A DNA stretch of 33,281 bases from an uncultured Pseudomonadota bacterium (GCA_913020725.1 CAJWCD010000018.1:1-33281); one strand, 5' to 3'; counted from the stretch's first letter, positions 17,956-28,367 are shown. Notes: generated by a model not told the origin, from the letters alone. Numbers and translations are program-made.

Positions 17956-19923
17956 ATGAAAAGTTTATGGAATGAAACAGACGCCCAAGCCTGCGCGGGC
18001 GATCTGATGCAGTTGCGGGTCTACAGCTCCCGGCTGCTGGGCGCAAATTCGGACCTCGTGCTGCACGGCGGAGGCAATACTTCGGTCAAACTCACCGCCA
18101 ATAATTTTTTCGGGGAGCCAGAAAAGTTGCTTTTTGTGAAGGGCAGCGGCTGGGATTTGGCCACCATCGCAACCCCCGGATTCGCCCCCGTTAAGCTGGA
18201 CGTGCTAAAACGACTGGCCACTTTGGAAACCCTCAGTGACACCGAGATGGTGCGTCAGCAACGCGCCGCCATGACCGATCCGGGGGCGCCGAATCCCTCG
18301 GTCGAGGCGATTCTGCACGCGATCATCCCGTTCCACTTCGTGGACCACACCCACGCGGATGCCGTGTTGGGTGTGACCAACCACCCGAACGGAGACGAGT
18401 GCATCCGGAAAATTTACGGAAATCGTGTGCTGGTGATCCCCTACGTCATGCCTGGATTTGTGCTGGCCCGCAAAGTGCGAGAACTCACGCAAGGCATCGA
18501 CTGGAGTCAATACGAAGGCATGATTCTCATGCAGCACGGCATCTTCACCTTCGACGACGATGCCCGGGAGTCTTACGAAAAGATGATCCGCCTTGTCACA
18601 GAAGCAGAGAACCACGCTCAGCGTCAGGGAGCCAAAGCGCCTCGGTGCGATTCCGTGCAAGAAGATTTACGGCAACTCGCAGAAATCCGCAGGCAAGTTT
18701 CGCTCGCCAAGGGACAGCCAATGCTGGCGCAACTCGACCAAACAGCCGAGGCCGGAGGCTTCGCCAACCGAACAGATGTTGCAGAAATCGGCACTCGCGG
18801 ACCGCTCACTCCGGATCATGTGCTGCGCACCAAGCTCAAGCCTGTGGTGTTGCGAGGTGATGCCGAACAAGAAATTCAGGAGTTTCAAGAGTGGTATCAG
18901 GCGTATTTTGAACGCAACACCGACGGTACCCTGACCTGCCTCGATCCAGCTCCGAGGTGGGGCATCTGGCCCGGACACGGCACCCTCGCCTTTGGACGCA
19001 GTGTCAAGGAAACCGGCATCATCTCCGATCTTGTGGAACACACAAGGCGCACCATCCAAGCAGTGGAGGGATGGAGTCGCTGGGAGAGCCTTCCGGAAGC
19101 GGACATTTTTGAGGTGGAGTACTGGGATTTGGAACAGGCCAAGCTCGGCAAGGCCGGAACCCCGTTGCCCTTTCAGGGTCGGGTGGCGCTCGTCTCCGGA
19201 GCCGCCAGTGGGATTGGCCGCGCCTGCGTGGATTCCTTGCACGCCCAAGGGGCCGCAGTGGTGGGGCTGGATCTCAATTCTGAAATCGAGCAAATGTTGA
19301 ACAAGCCCGGACAGCGTGGCATCTGCTGCGATGTGACCGACGATGATGCCCTGTGCAAAGCCGTGGAGTTCTCAGTGCGGATGTTTGGAGGGCTGGATGT
19401 GCTAGTGAGCAACGCAGGGAATTTTCCGGCAGGGAAAACCATCGGCGAGATGGATGCCGAAACATGGGACCGCAGTATGCAACTGAACCTTTCCAGCCAC
19501 CAGCGACTGCTGACCGCAGCGACACCTTTTCTCGAAAAAAGCTGGGACGGTTCCGTGATCTTCATCGCTTCCCGCAATGTCCCTGCGCCAGGTCCGGGAG
19601 CCTCAGCTTATTCGGTGGCCAAGGCAGGCGTGACTCAACTGGCCCGCATCGCCGCAATGGAGCTTGGGCCGCACGGGGTGCGCGTCAACGTGTTGCACCC
19701 GGATTGTGTGTACGACACCGGGCTTTGGTCAGAGGAAGTCTTGCAGGGGCGGGCGCAACGCTACGGAATGACCGTTGCCGAATACAAGTCCCGCAATATT
19801 CTCAAAAAGGAAGTCTCCTCAAAAGAAGTTGCAGAATTGGTGGCCGCGGTGGCCGGGCCTGCGTTCTCGAAAACGACAGGGGCGCAAATTCCGATTGACG
19901 GGGGCAATGACCGCGTGATTTGA
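17956..19923 (+). CDS. Bifunctional class II aldolase / short-chain dehydrogenase (rhamnulose-1-phosphate aldolase-SDR-like)
   Basis: LVLHGGGNTSVK, VKGSGWDL, PSVEAILHA, VDHTHAD, TPDH, EYWDLEQAKL, then an SDR domain (GAASGIG, YSVAK). Confidence 0.92.
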   Translation: MKSLWNETDAQACAGDLMQLRVYSSRLLGANSDLVLHGGGNTSVKLTANNFFGEPEKLLFVKGSGWDLATIATPGFAPVKLDVLKRLATLETLSDTEMVRQQRAAMTDPGAPNPSVEAILHAIIPFHFVDHTHADAVLGVTNHPNGDECIRKIYGNRVLVIPYVMPGFVLARKVRELTQGIDWSQYEGMILMQHGIFTFDDDARESYEKMIRLVTEAENHAQRQGAKAPRCDSVQEDLRQLAEIRRQVSLAKGQPMLAQLDQTAEAGGFANRTDVAEIGTRGPLTPDHVLRTKLKPVVLRGDAEQEIQEFQEWYQAYFERNTDGTLTCLDPAPRWGIWPGHGTLAFGRSVKETGIISDLVEHTRRTIQAVEGWSRWESLPEADIFEVEYWDLEQAKLGKAGTPLPFQGRVALVSGAASGIGRACVDSLHAQGAAVVGLDLNSEIEQMLNKPGQRGICCDVTDDDALCKAVEFSVRMFGGLDVLVSNAGNFPAGKTIGEMDAETWDRSMQLNLSSHQRLLTAATPFLEKSWDGSVIFIASRNVPAPGPGASAYSVAKAGVTQLARIAAMELGPHGVRVNVLHPDCVYDTGLWSEEVLQGRAQRYGMTVAEYKSRNILKKEVSSKEVAELVAAVAGPAFSKTTGAQIPIDGGNDRVI

Positions 19924-19953
19924 GGGGGAGTGCAAACGAGATGTATTTCTGCT

Positions 19954-20880
19954 TTAGCTGTTCAGCAACTCCCGGATTTCATTGGCTTGAGGCATGGACG
20001 GGGCCGTCCCATGTTTCGTGACCGATAAGGCCGCTGCGGCATTCCCGAAGCGAATCGCCTCCCGTAACGCCAGACCTTCGGCGAGTGCTGCGGCAAAGCC
20101 TCCGTTAAAGGCATCCCCTGCGCCCGTGGTGTCCACCACCCGATCTCCCATCTCGAAGGTCGGGATGTGTTCTGCCAGTTCCGCATTGCGGGCATACACT
20201 CCGTTTTTGCCAAGGGTGATGATCACCGTTTTGGAGCCCATTTCCCGAAATTTTTCTGCTGCCGCAGCGGCCTGCTCCACGGTTTGCACCTCCAAACCCG
20301 TGAGGATTTCGGCTTCAGTTTCATTGGGCGTGATGTAATCACAGAGTGGATAGATGTCCGTATCCAGCACAATAGCGGGTGCAGGATTGAGAATGGTGCT
20401 GACTTGGTGCTGGTGAGCGATTTCCAAGCCCACCTGCATTGCGTCCAGCGGCACCTCCAAATTGGTGAGAAAAACTTGTGAACCGGTGATTCCGGAGGCT
20501 GCATTTCGCACCTCTTCCGGAGTGAGTTCACCCGCTGCACCAAGAACTACGATGATAGAGTTATCCCCGGTTTGCTCGTTAACCATGATAACCGCTGCCG
20601 CGTTGGCGACCTCCGGGTGCGTCAGCAAGTACTCTGATGAAATCCCTTCTCCCTCATAAAGCCTTCGCCCCGTATCGCCAAAATCATCGCCGCCCAACTT
20701 GCTGATCAGGACCACCTCTGCACCAGAACGCCGGGCGGCAACGGCCTGATTGGACCCCTTGCCACCGGGTCCGGTGGCGAAGGAATTACCAACCACCGTT
20801 TCACCTGTCACGGGCAAACGATTTGTACGAAAAATCAGATCCATGGCAAAGATACCCAGCACTGAAACAGAAGCAGTCAT
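19954..20880 (-). CDS. rbsK: Ribokinase (PfkB family)
   Basis: GPGGKGSNQAVAA, ILNPAPA, ITPNETEA, VDTTGAGDAFNGG; GGAGA RBS. Confidence 0.88.
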   Translation of the reverse strand: MTASVSVLGIFAMDLIFRTNRLPVTGETVVGNSFATGPGGKGSNQAVAARRSGAEVVLISKLGGDDFGDTGRRLYEGEGISSEYLLTHPEVANAAAVIMVNEQTGDNSIIVVLGAAGELTPEEVRNAASGITGSQVFLTNLEVPLDAMQVGLEIAHQHQVSTILNPAPAIVLDTDIYPLCDYITPNETEAEILTGLEVQTVEQAAAAAEKFREMGSKTVIITLGKNGVYARNAELAEHIPTFEMGDRVVDTTGAGDAFNGGFAAALAEGLALREAIRFGNAAAALSVTKHGTAPSMPQANEIRELLNS

Positions 20881-20915
20881 GTTTTCTCCCAACTTAAACG
20901 ATTGATAAAATTGGC

Positions 20916-22181
20916 TTAACGCCCAAATCGCGCAGTCTTGCCGAGTTCCGCTTCGATTTCGAGCAGGCGGTTGTACTTGGCAGTGCGCTCACTGCGGGAG
21001 GCCGAACCCGTCTTGATCTGCCCGCCGCCCATTGCCACGGCAAAATCCGCCATGAAGGTGTCCTCGGTTTCACCACTGCGGTGCGAGATGATGTAGTTCC
21101 AGCCCGCTTTTTGGCAGAGTTGGATGGTTTCGACTGTTTCTGTGACCGTGCCGATCTGGTTGAGCTTGATGAGGACAGCGTTTGCGGATTTTTTCTTGAT
21201 GCCTTCCGCAACAAACTTGGTGTTGGTGACAAAGAGATCGTCTCCCACGATCTGTACCTGATCGCCAAGTGCAGTGGTGATCGCCTGAAAACCCTCCCAA
21301 TCGTGCTCGTCCATCGGGTCTTCGATGGAACTGATGGGGTACTTGCGGCAAAGGTTCTCGTAGAATGCCAGCATCTCCTCCGAGGATTTCTGACCTCCTC
21401 CGGATTTGCGGAAATCGTAGGTGCCATTTTCGCAAAACGAACTCGCCGCCGCATCAAGTGCAAGTGTAATCTCCTTGCCCGGCTCGTAACCTGCATTTCG
21501 AATTGCCTCCAGGATGACCTCGCAGGCTTCCTCGTTGCTGGTGAGGTTGGGGGCAAAACCGCCCTCGTCGCCCACGCTGGTGGCGTAGTTTTTCTTGAGC
21601 AGGATTTTCTTGAGGGCGTGGAAGGTCTCGGCCCCCATGCGCAGTGCTTCCCGGAAGTTTGGTGCGCCACTGGGCATGACCATGAACTCCTGAATGTCCA
21701 CGCTGTTGTCCGCGTGTTCGCCACCGTTGATGATGTTCATCATCGGCACCGGAAGCCGATACGCACCGACCCCGCCGAGGTAGGCGTAACGGGAGAGGCC
21801 GAGCGAGCGAGCTGCGGCATCAGCGACCGCCATTGAAACGCCGAGGATCGCGTTTGCGCCCAAGCGGTTCTTGGTGTCGGTGCCGTCGAGCTCAAGCATT
21901 TGACGGTCCACTTCGGCTTGAGCCAAGGGATCGCTGCCAACAAGTTCCGGAGCGATGAACGTGTTGACGTTTTCCACCGCCTTGAGAACGCCCTTGCCGT
22001 TGTAACGGGCCTTGTCGCCGTCCCGCAGTTCAAGGGCTTCGTTGACACCCGTGGAGGCGCCGGAGGGCACAGAGGCGGTGCCGATAGTACCGCCTTCGAG
22101 CAGCACGCGGACGCGGACGGTGGGGTTGCCCCGGGAGTCGAGGATTTCAAGTGCGTTGATGTTGAGGATGCGATTCATCAT
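20916..22181 (-). CDS. eno: Enolase
   Basis: [51 protein letters not shown]. Confidence 0.97.
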   Translation of the reverse strand: MMNRILNINALEILDSRGNPTVRVRVLLEGGTIGTASVPSGASTGVNEALELRDGDKARYNGKGVLKAVENVNTFIAPELVGSDPLAQAEVDRQMLELDGTDTKNRLGANAILGVSMAVADAAARSLGLSRYAYLGGVGAYRLPVPMMNIINGGEHADNSVDIQEFMVMPSGAPNFREALRMGAETFHALKKILLKKNYATSVGDEGGFAPNLTSNEEACEVILEAIRNAGYEPGKEITLALDAAASSFCENGTYDFRKSGGGQKSSEEMLAFYENLCRKYPISSIEDPMDEHDWEGFQAITTALGDQVQIVGDDLFVTNTKFVAEGIKKKSANAVLIKLNQIGTVTETVETIQLCQKAGWNYIISHRSGETEDTFMADFAVAMGGGQIKTGSASRSERTAKYNRLLEIEAELGKTARFGR

Positions 22182-22390
22182 GGTCTTTTTTGGGATTCAG
22201 GAAAAGCTAAGAGACTGGATGGGCAACAGCATAGCGGGTGGGGCAATGACTGCAATCCAGAAGTATGTGGTGATCAAACTTGCAATACCCTCCAAACCCG
22301 ATTAGGATTGCCACAACAATAGCCACTGGGCAAGACCCCGCGAGGAACGCAGCATGGCTGCGAAAATTCTGAACACCGTGCAGATCAATC

Positions 22391-23749
22391 ATGGCAGAAA
22401 GCGCTGAGGACACAAATCTGGAAGACTTGGACCTAGGAGATATGGAGGAGGTGGACCTCACCGCGTTGGACACTCCTGACGCTGGGGACGAATTAGACCT
22501 TTCCGACATGGACGACTCTCCCTTTGACTTGGAGGGTAACGCAGACGATCTGGAGGATTTCGATCTTGAAACCGAAGCCGTGGGCAATCTCGATGATTCC
22601 GGGATGCTTTCCGAAGTAGTTGAGACTGCCGGAGAGTTGGAAGACGCAGGGGATTTCGATTTTGGCGAAGACGCTGCCGAACCCGCTGAAAAAGCTGGCC
22701 TCATCACTGAAGAGGGAGAGCTTGTGATCAGCGATGCCGAAGGGGAAACTTCAGAGTTGGAAGAGAACATTGACCTCGCATCTGAGGACGAAGCAGTGGA
22801 ACCTGCCGCAGAAGCTGATTCCGGAGAGGACATCGAAGGGTTGGACGAACTCGACGACCTGGGATTGGACGACAACATCGACCTCGCCGCCGCAGAGGAA
22901 TCCGGAGCCGAGCCGAAAGTCACTGCAGCGGTTGGCAGTGACGACGATGCTGCGGAAGCGAGTGAACCGGAACTTGCAGCAGAAGTGGCTGAGGATGCCG
23001 GAGGGGCTGATGAACTTGGAGATTTTGACCTCGGGGAGGCCGAGCCAGATTTGGAGTTGGACGACATGACCTCCGATGAGGAAACCCCGGAACCGGAACT
23101 TGCCACCAGCGGCACAGAGGAAGAGTCCACACCGGAAATTTCCGAGGAGGACCCCTTCAGCTTGGAGGATGACTTTGCCGAACCGGACTTGGCAGGCAAC
23201 GATCCGTTTGACTTGGCCGAAAGTGAACCGGAACTGGCGGATTTTGCCGATGGTGAAGCCTCTGACGAAGGAGCGGAAGAACCGAACTTGCTGGAAGAGG
23301 TGGACACCGGAATTGGGGATTTGGCGGAACTGGACGAAGCCGCAATGGAAGAACCTGCTCCCGAAGACACCGGGAGTGACGATGCGATCGGATTGGAAGA
23401 GATCGCTTTGGGAACGGCCGCAGCCGCCATGGCTGGTGCGGCGGCCTCAAACACTTCAACAGACAGTGCAATGAACGGGGATAAGGATGAAAGTGGGGCT
23501 TTGGTGGCACAGTCTGGCCCCGAGCGCCTGCTTAATTTTCAGCATGAGGTCGTGGTCGAGGTGGCCCGCACCAAGCTCACCGGTGAGGAGATCACGCAGA
23601 TCACCTACGGGAGCATCATCGAGCTGGACAAGGTTGCCGGAGAACCGGTCAACCTCGTGCTGGACGGCAAGGTGATCGCGCATGGCGAGATGGTGCTGAT
23701 CAACGAGGACAAGTTGGGTATCCGCATCATCGGTATCATGCAGGAATAG
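22391..23749 (+). CDS. FliN/SpoA-domain protein with a ~375-aa highly acidic low-complexity N-terminus
   Basis: C-terminal VVVEVART...GSIIELDKVAGEPVNLVLDGKVIAHGEMV...LGIRI is a FliMN_C domain; the rest is D/E-rich. Confidence 0.85.
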   Translation: MAESAEDTNLEDLDLGDMEEVDLTALDTPDAGDELDLSDMDDSPFDLEGNADDLEDFDLETEAVGNLDDSGMLSEVVETAGELEDAGDFDFGEDAAEPAEKAGLITEEGELVISDAEGETSELEENIDLASEDEAVEPAAEADSGEDIEGLDELDDLGLDDNIDLAAAEESGAEPKVTAAVGSDDDAAEASEPELAAEVAEDAGGADELGDFDLGEAEPDLELDDMTSDEETPEPELATSGTEEESTPEISEEDPFSLEDDFAEPDLAGNDPFDLAESEPELADFADGEASDEGAEEPNLLEEVDTGIGDLAELDEAAMEEPAPEDTGSDDAIGLEEIALGTAAAAMAGAAASNTSTDSAMNGDKDESGALVAQSGPERLLNFQHEVVVEVARTKLTGEEITQITYGSIIELDKVAGEPVNLVLDGKVIAHGEMVLINEDKLGIRIIGIMQE

Positions 23750-23763
23750 CTAGGACGGCCATC

Positions 23764-24747
23764 ATGATCTACAAGCCAACCGACCAGCTCAACATCGAAC
23801 GCTACGACCTTGTTGAAGCGAAGGTCTCCACCGGGCAGTTCCGCTGGATGGACATCACCTCGCACCGTTGGACTGCGCTGTTGGAGCAGACGCTTTACCG
23901 CGAGGTGAACCGGCTGTTCGAGGTCGCTCCGGAAACAGTGTACTGGGAGCGCTTCGGGAACGTGCTCTCCCAAGTCACGCACCAGCCCATTTACATCTTC
24001 GAGTGCAACGGGCAAAAGCGTGGGCTGCTGCTGCTGGATGACGGCTTCACCTACTCGATGATGTCCGGGAAAATTCCGGGACTCGCCGAGCAGCAGTTGT
24101 CTCTCGAAGAATTTCTGGGCAAGTACCAAAAAGAGATGCAGGCGTTGCTCATCCACATCCTGCGTGACTACGAGCGAGCGTGGGAGCCAATCGAGCGCAT
24201 GGAACTCCGGCTCAAGCGCGTGACCACCCATCAGCACCGGGCACGAGTGATGCTGCCCTTTGAACGGACCCTCGTTTGCCCCATCGTCCTCAAGCACGCC
24301 TCGGCAGAGGGGAAGGGGGTGGTGCGCCAAGGGGGACAAACCCGGATGCTGCTCTGCCTGCCCTATGCTGCAATAGACAAGACGCTCAGTCGGCTCAGCC
24401 CCCGCAAGGTTTGGGCGCCAGAATCCATTGAGGATGCCGCCACCCTGCCCAAGGGCGAGTTCAATTCGCTGCTGATGGAGCAGAAGTACGACGTGGTTTC
24501 CGAAGTCGGCACAGTCCGGATTCAAAACACCGGACAGAATTTGGAAGCGGGACAGGTGCTGTCCGTCGGAGATTACAACGGGCAGGTGACGTTGCGGATC
24601 AACGGTTTCCCGATGTTCACGGGCAACATGGGAGCCAGCAATGGCAAACTCGCTGTGCGGGTTTCCGGGATGGTGGACGATAAACGCCCCTCAGTGGTGC
24701 GCTCCGGAAGGGAGTTCCAGCCCATGAACCTGCCAGTTAAACATTAG
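23764..24747 (+). CDS. Divergent FliM-like flagellar switch protein
   Basis: IERYDL start, CheC-like middle region (..AWEPI.., LCLPYAAI), C-terminal SpoA domain (GQVL...INGFPMFTGNMGASNGKLAVRV). Confidence 0.72.
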   Translation: MIYKPTDQLNIERYDLVEAKVSTGQFRWMDITSHRWTALLEQTLYREVNRLFEVAPETVYWERFGNVLSQVTHQPIYIFECNGQKRGLLLLDDGFTYSMMSGKIPGLAEQQLSLEEFLGKYQKEMQALLIHILRDYERAWEPIERMELRLKRVTTHQHRARVMLPFERTLVCPIVLKHASAEGKGVVRQGGQTRMLLCLPYAAIDKTLSRLSPRKVWAPESIEDAATLPKGEFNSLLMEQKYDVVSEVGTVRIQNTGQNLEAGQVLSVGDYNGQVTLRINGFPMFTGNMGASNGKLAVRVSGMVDDKRPSVVRSGREFQPMNLPVKH

Positions 24748-26119
24748 GGTCCGGGAGCAACTTCTTCAGCCAACGTCCTACTGAACTTCCGCTACGCTCA
24801 AATCCTGCGACGACCTCATCGGCAGGCATGCACTGGTGTTTGGTGTAGCGGTCAAAGTAGGGCAGCAGCCACTTCTCTTCAGACGATCCCAGCCCCTCCA
24901 GTGCGGTTTCCATGATGCGGATTCCGAGCTTGGCAAAATCAACGGCGCCGACTTCTGCACGGATTCCATCTTTGGCCGCCGCTTTCCGGAAAACGCCAAA
25001 CTGCTCCACCTCAAAATCCAGCAACCACGTTTCTAGCTTCGCCAAGGCGGCTTCCGAGTACACAAGCCCTTTCAACAGCGCAGGCACCGCAATCGTCCAT
25101 TCGGGGCGTAGCGCGTCAAACACCCGCACCTCGATGACGTTCTTGATGCGGATGTCCGGAAAGAGCATATTGAGGTGGGCATCGTAATCGTCCGGAGACA
25201 GCACCAACCCTTCGGGGGGAGCCTCCAGCAGGGACTGGAAGGATTGCCCTGCCGTCAACCACTTGCGATCCCCTTGCAGCAAGAGGTAGGGTGAGGCGTT
25301 GAGCGTCCAGTCGTGGTAGTCCTGAATCTGGAAGTTGCGGTTGACGAAGGCTTCCGGCAACCCACAGCGATACGGGTCCGTGTCCGCCCACGCCACCATA
25401 CGGTTGCACAGCGAACCGTTGAGTTCTCCTTGCTTGATAGGGCTGTTGGCGAACAAGGCTGAAAAGAAGGGGCTGAGGCGGTTGAGCAAAACAAACTTGC
25501 GCGCAAGGTCTTCCTGCGAGTGGTAGTCGAGATTGACCTGGGTTCCGGAGGTCGCCTTCATCATCCAGCGTCCGAGTCTGCCGACCCGAGGCATGTGATC
25601 GTACATCACCTGATAGCGACGCTTCCCAAAAAACGGGAGTTGGTCTGGAGTGAGCCACGGCTGGGTGCCCACATGCAGGGTCCGTCCACCCCACTCACGG
25701 AGAACGTTGTTCAAGGAAGTGTAGAATTTTTCCAGCGCGGACTGAATTTCCTGCAACTCACCACGCGGAGCATCGGACAGCTCGAACTGCCCTCCGGGTT
25801 CCACGGAAATGGACGAGCCGTCCTCTTGCTTCAACCCCAGCAAGCGGGAAGGCACAGACTCTTCCGGAAGCGGATGCTCCCACACCTTCTGCCATTCGGG
25901 GAGTTCCGCAAGTGCTTCCAACAGCTTGCGGATGCTGGCCGCGCCCTCCATCGGCAGTGGTTGAAACGGGACAAACTCCGGATCGGCAACCGGAGTGTCA
26001 GGTGGCGACTGGGGCCGCAGCAAAAAGCACTCGACCTCCAGCCCAAGCAGTTGTTGTGAGGAGGACGCGGCCTTCTTGAAATACGCATCGAAGACCGCTT
26101 GCAAATCGTTGGTGTTCAC
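24737..26119 (-). CDS. gshA: Glutamate-cysteine ligase (GCS2 / plant-alphaproteobacterial type)
   Basis: LGLEVE, ISVEPGGQFELS, RYQVM...MM..T.GTQVNLDY, ALFANSP, WADTDPYRCG, LFPDIRIK..IEVR. Confidence 0.88.
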   Translation of the reverse strand: MNTNDLQAVFDAYFKKAASSSQQLLGLEVECFLLRPQSPPDTPVADPEFVPFQPLPMEGAASIRKLLEALAELPEWQKVWEHPLPEESVPSRLLGLKQEDGSSISVEPGGQFELSDAPRGELQEIQSALEKFYTSLNNVLREWGGRTLHVGTQPWLTPDQLPFFGKRRYQVMYDHMPRVGRLGRWMMKATSGTQVNLDYHSQEDLARKFVLLNRLSPFFSALFANSPIKQGELNGSLCNRMVAWADTDPYRCGLPEAFVNRNFQIQDYHDWTLNASPYLLLQGDRKWLTAGQSFQSLLEAPPEGLVLSPDDYDAHLNMLFPDIRIKNVIEVRVFDALRPEWTIAVPALLKGLVYSEAALAKLETWLLDFEVEQFGVFRKAAAKDGIRAEVGAVDFAKLGIRIMETALEGLGSSEEKWLLPYFDRYTKHQCMPADEVVAGFERSGSSVGRWLKKLLPDPNV

Positions 26120-26153
26120 GTTTTATTTGGAGAAAAGCAGAAAGACAGAGCAA

Positions 26154-26792
26154 TCAAAGCAGCACGATGATCATTTGGCGGCTGGCTTGGGAGATCCACC
26201 GGAAGGCGCTGAAACCCGGCAGAAAGTAACTGGCGGCCAGCAATCCGATCAGCAGCATGGTACCGAAGCGGAAATTCCAGTCCTCGTAGCGCCTGCGTAA
26301 ATCACGGGGTAGCAAACGGGGAAGCACATGGCTGCCGTCCAGCGGGCCGACCGGGATCATGTTGAAAAAGAAGAGGTTGAAGTTGAGCAGCATGAACAGG
26401 TAAAACAGCTCTTCCAACGGAATGGGGCTGTTGTACCAAAATTCGGAAGTGCGGAATCCACTGAACAACAGCCCCGCCAAGAGGCCCAGCGCGAGGTTCA
26501 TCACAGGCCCGGCGGCAGCGACAAAAAACTCTGCGTTGGGATTCCGGAAGTTTCTGGGGTTGACGGGCACTGGTTTAGCATAACCAATTCCAACCATGAG
26601 CAGCATCAACCCACCCATCAAATCGAGGTGGACCAAGGGATTGGTGGTCAGCCTCCCGGCCAGCTTGGCCGTGGGGTCGCCAAAACGGTTGGCCACCCAC
26701 GCATGGGCGAACTCATGGAAAGAGAGCGCAAAGATCAGGCAGAACGTCAAGATGACCAGCAGGTCGGGGCGATCAAGTAACCGAAATAGCAT
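26154..26792 (-). CDS. Site-2 protease family (peptidase M50) zinc metalloprotease
   Basis: HEFAH, GDPTAK.AGRLTTNP, AAAGP..N, FNMIPVGPLDG. Confidence 0.92.
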   Translation of the reverse strand: MLFRLLDRPDLLVILTFCLIFALSFHEFAHAWVANRFGDPTAKLAGRLTTNPLVHLDLMGGLMLLMVGIGYAKPVPVNPRNFRNPNAEFFVAAAGPVMNLALGLLAGLLFSGFRTSEFWYNSPIPLEELFYLFMLLNFNLFFFNMIPVGPLDGSHVLPRLLPRDLRRRYEDWNFRFGTMLLIGLLAASYFLPGFSAFRWISQASRQMIIVLL

Positions 26793-26888
26793 ATGCGGGC
26801 AAGTTATGGTTGAATGCGTATGGACTTTGCAACACTTCAAAATAGCAGATCGTTGGCTAACTCCAAAGTTCCATTCCACATCATGTCG

Positions 26889-26919
26889 CAACCAAAGTGC
26901 TTTTATGACAACCAAAGTG
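26889..26919 (+). promoter_or_regulatory. Perfect 11-bp direct repeat (CAACCAAAGTG x2, 20-bp period), candidate regulator-binding site
   Basis: Copies at 26889-26899 and 26909-26919, plus a partial CCAAAGT at 26863, in a divergent intergenic region. Confidence 0.45.
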
Positions 26920-26937
26920 AACGACTAGGGTGATTCC

Positions 26938-28359
26938 ATGCAGGAACTGATAGAAATGCGAAACATGGTGGAGTCGCGCATCACGGACTACCTCCTCAAA
27001 AACAGCGAACGCATCCGCGAGGACGCGGCACAAGAAGGCCAGGAGGAGCGTCCGGCCACCAACGACAAGCTGCCCGACCGCCACCAGATGCAAATCCAGT
27101 CCGGATTCCAACAGGTCGAGGATGATTTGCAGGCGCCCTTCACCGGTCTTAAATCGAAAATCCAGAAACGGATGGAGGAACGGTTGGTCGCCCGCAGCAA
27201 GCCGGAGCCGGAGCCGGTTTATGCGCAATTCCTGCACCTCGTTTCCATCGAAAAACTTAAATCAGCCGACCAGCTTGCGCAAAAGCGTCGCACCGAGCGC
27301 AAACGCATGTTAGAACTGCGGGAGTTCCGGAGGGCCAACAATCTGATGCGTGAAGCCAACTACCCGCTCACCGGCATCTATCACTTCGGGGTGATGGTGC
27401 TGATCCTCGCAGTCGAGGCAGCGATCAACAGCGGATTCTTCGCTGCTGCCAGCCCCTATGGCCTTTCCGGAGGATTCACGCAGGCTCTGGTGATCTCTTT
27501 CATCAATGTCGCCTTTTCCTTCATCTTCGGCTGGAAACTGCTGCCGCTCTTTCACCACATCGAACCCTGGCGGCGCGGAGTCGGAACGATCGCCACAGCG
27601 GGTTACGTTTTGCTGATCGGCGCCTTGGCTCTCATCACCGCACACTACCGTGCAGCACTCACCCTCTCTCCAGAAAGCGCGGACACCTATGCGTATGAAC
27701 GCATCATGGAAGACCCGATGGGCATTGGAGCGGTCGCGTCCCTCTTCCTGATTTTTGTCACGTTGATCATCGCGGTGATTGGCTGCATGGACGGTTACAC
27801 CTTCGATGACCCCTATCCGGGTTATGGACAAGTGTACCGCTCCCACATGGACTCCCGTGAGGATTACGAGGAAACCCGCGAAATTCTCAGGGATGCCATT
27901 CTTGAAGTCGGAGACAGGACCGTGAGCGAGTACGAAGCCCGTATCAGCGAGGTGAAATCTCAGGTGCTGGAGTTGCAGGTCGATCACGATCAACTCAAGA
28001 CGCTGGAGCAGTCCGTCGGCGAACTCCAGCAGCGCATCGTCCGCAACTATGGAATTCTGGTGCGGCTCTATCAGGAAGAGAACCAGCAGGCACGCACGTC
28101 CAATCCTCCCAAGCACTTCGGTGTTCCGGAAGCACTGGTGCTGTTTGGAGTGACGAATGCAGAGGATCGTTTCACCAGCCGTATTGGGGGTGTCACCCAG
28201 GAGTTGGAAATCCTCCGGGATCAAATGTTGGTGTTGCGCGATCAGGTCAACAAGCGCGTGGAGGAAGAAATTGCAGGACTCAGGGACTGGCTCCAAGACA
28301 TTGAGGATTCCGCCGATCAGGTCATCATGGAGGAAGGACTACCTCAGACGATGATGTAG
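26938..28359 (+). CDS. Uncharacterised 4-TM membrane protein with long N- and C-terminal helical/coiled-coil regions
   Basis: 473-aa ORF; four hydrophobic segments; AHYR and DDPYPGYG motifs; heptad-like E/Q/L/R-rich tail. Confidence 0.8.
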   Translation: MQELIEMRNMVESRITDYLLKNSERIREDAAQEGQEERPATNDKLPDRHQMQIQSGFQQVEDDLQAPFTGLKSKIQKRMEERLVARSKPEPEPVYAQFLHLVSIEKLKSADQLAQKRRTERKRMLELREFRRANNLMREANYPLTGIYHFGVMVLILAVEAAINSGFFAAASPYGLSGGFTQALVISFINVAFSFIFGWKLLPLFHHIEPWRRGVGTIATAGYVLLIGALALITAHYRAALTLSPESADTYAYERIMEDPMGIGAVASLFLIFVTLIIAVIGCMDGYTFDDPYPGYGQVYRSHMDSREDYEETREILRDAILEVGDRTVSEYEARISEVKSQVLELQVDHDQLKTLEQSVGELQQRIVRNYGILVRLYQEENQQARTSNPPKHFGVPEALVLFGVTNAEDRFTSRIGGVTQELEILRDQMLVLRDQVNKRVEEEIAGLRDWLQDIEDSADQVIMEEGLPQTMM

Positions 28360-28367
28360 CCACCGAC

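Noticed and set aside
22960..23290. Recurring GAACCGGA(A/C) motifs, considered as a possible CRISPR or DNA repeat array
   Set aside because: Short, irregularly spaced and explained by EP(E/D)L peptide repeats in coding sequence; no cas genes
22207..23454. 415-aa Ser-rich ORF on the minus strand
   Set aside because: Antisense shadow of the D/E-rich FliN-like gene: GAN codons read as Ser-rich sequence on the opposite strand
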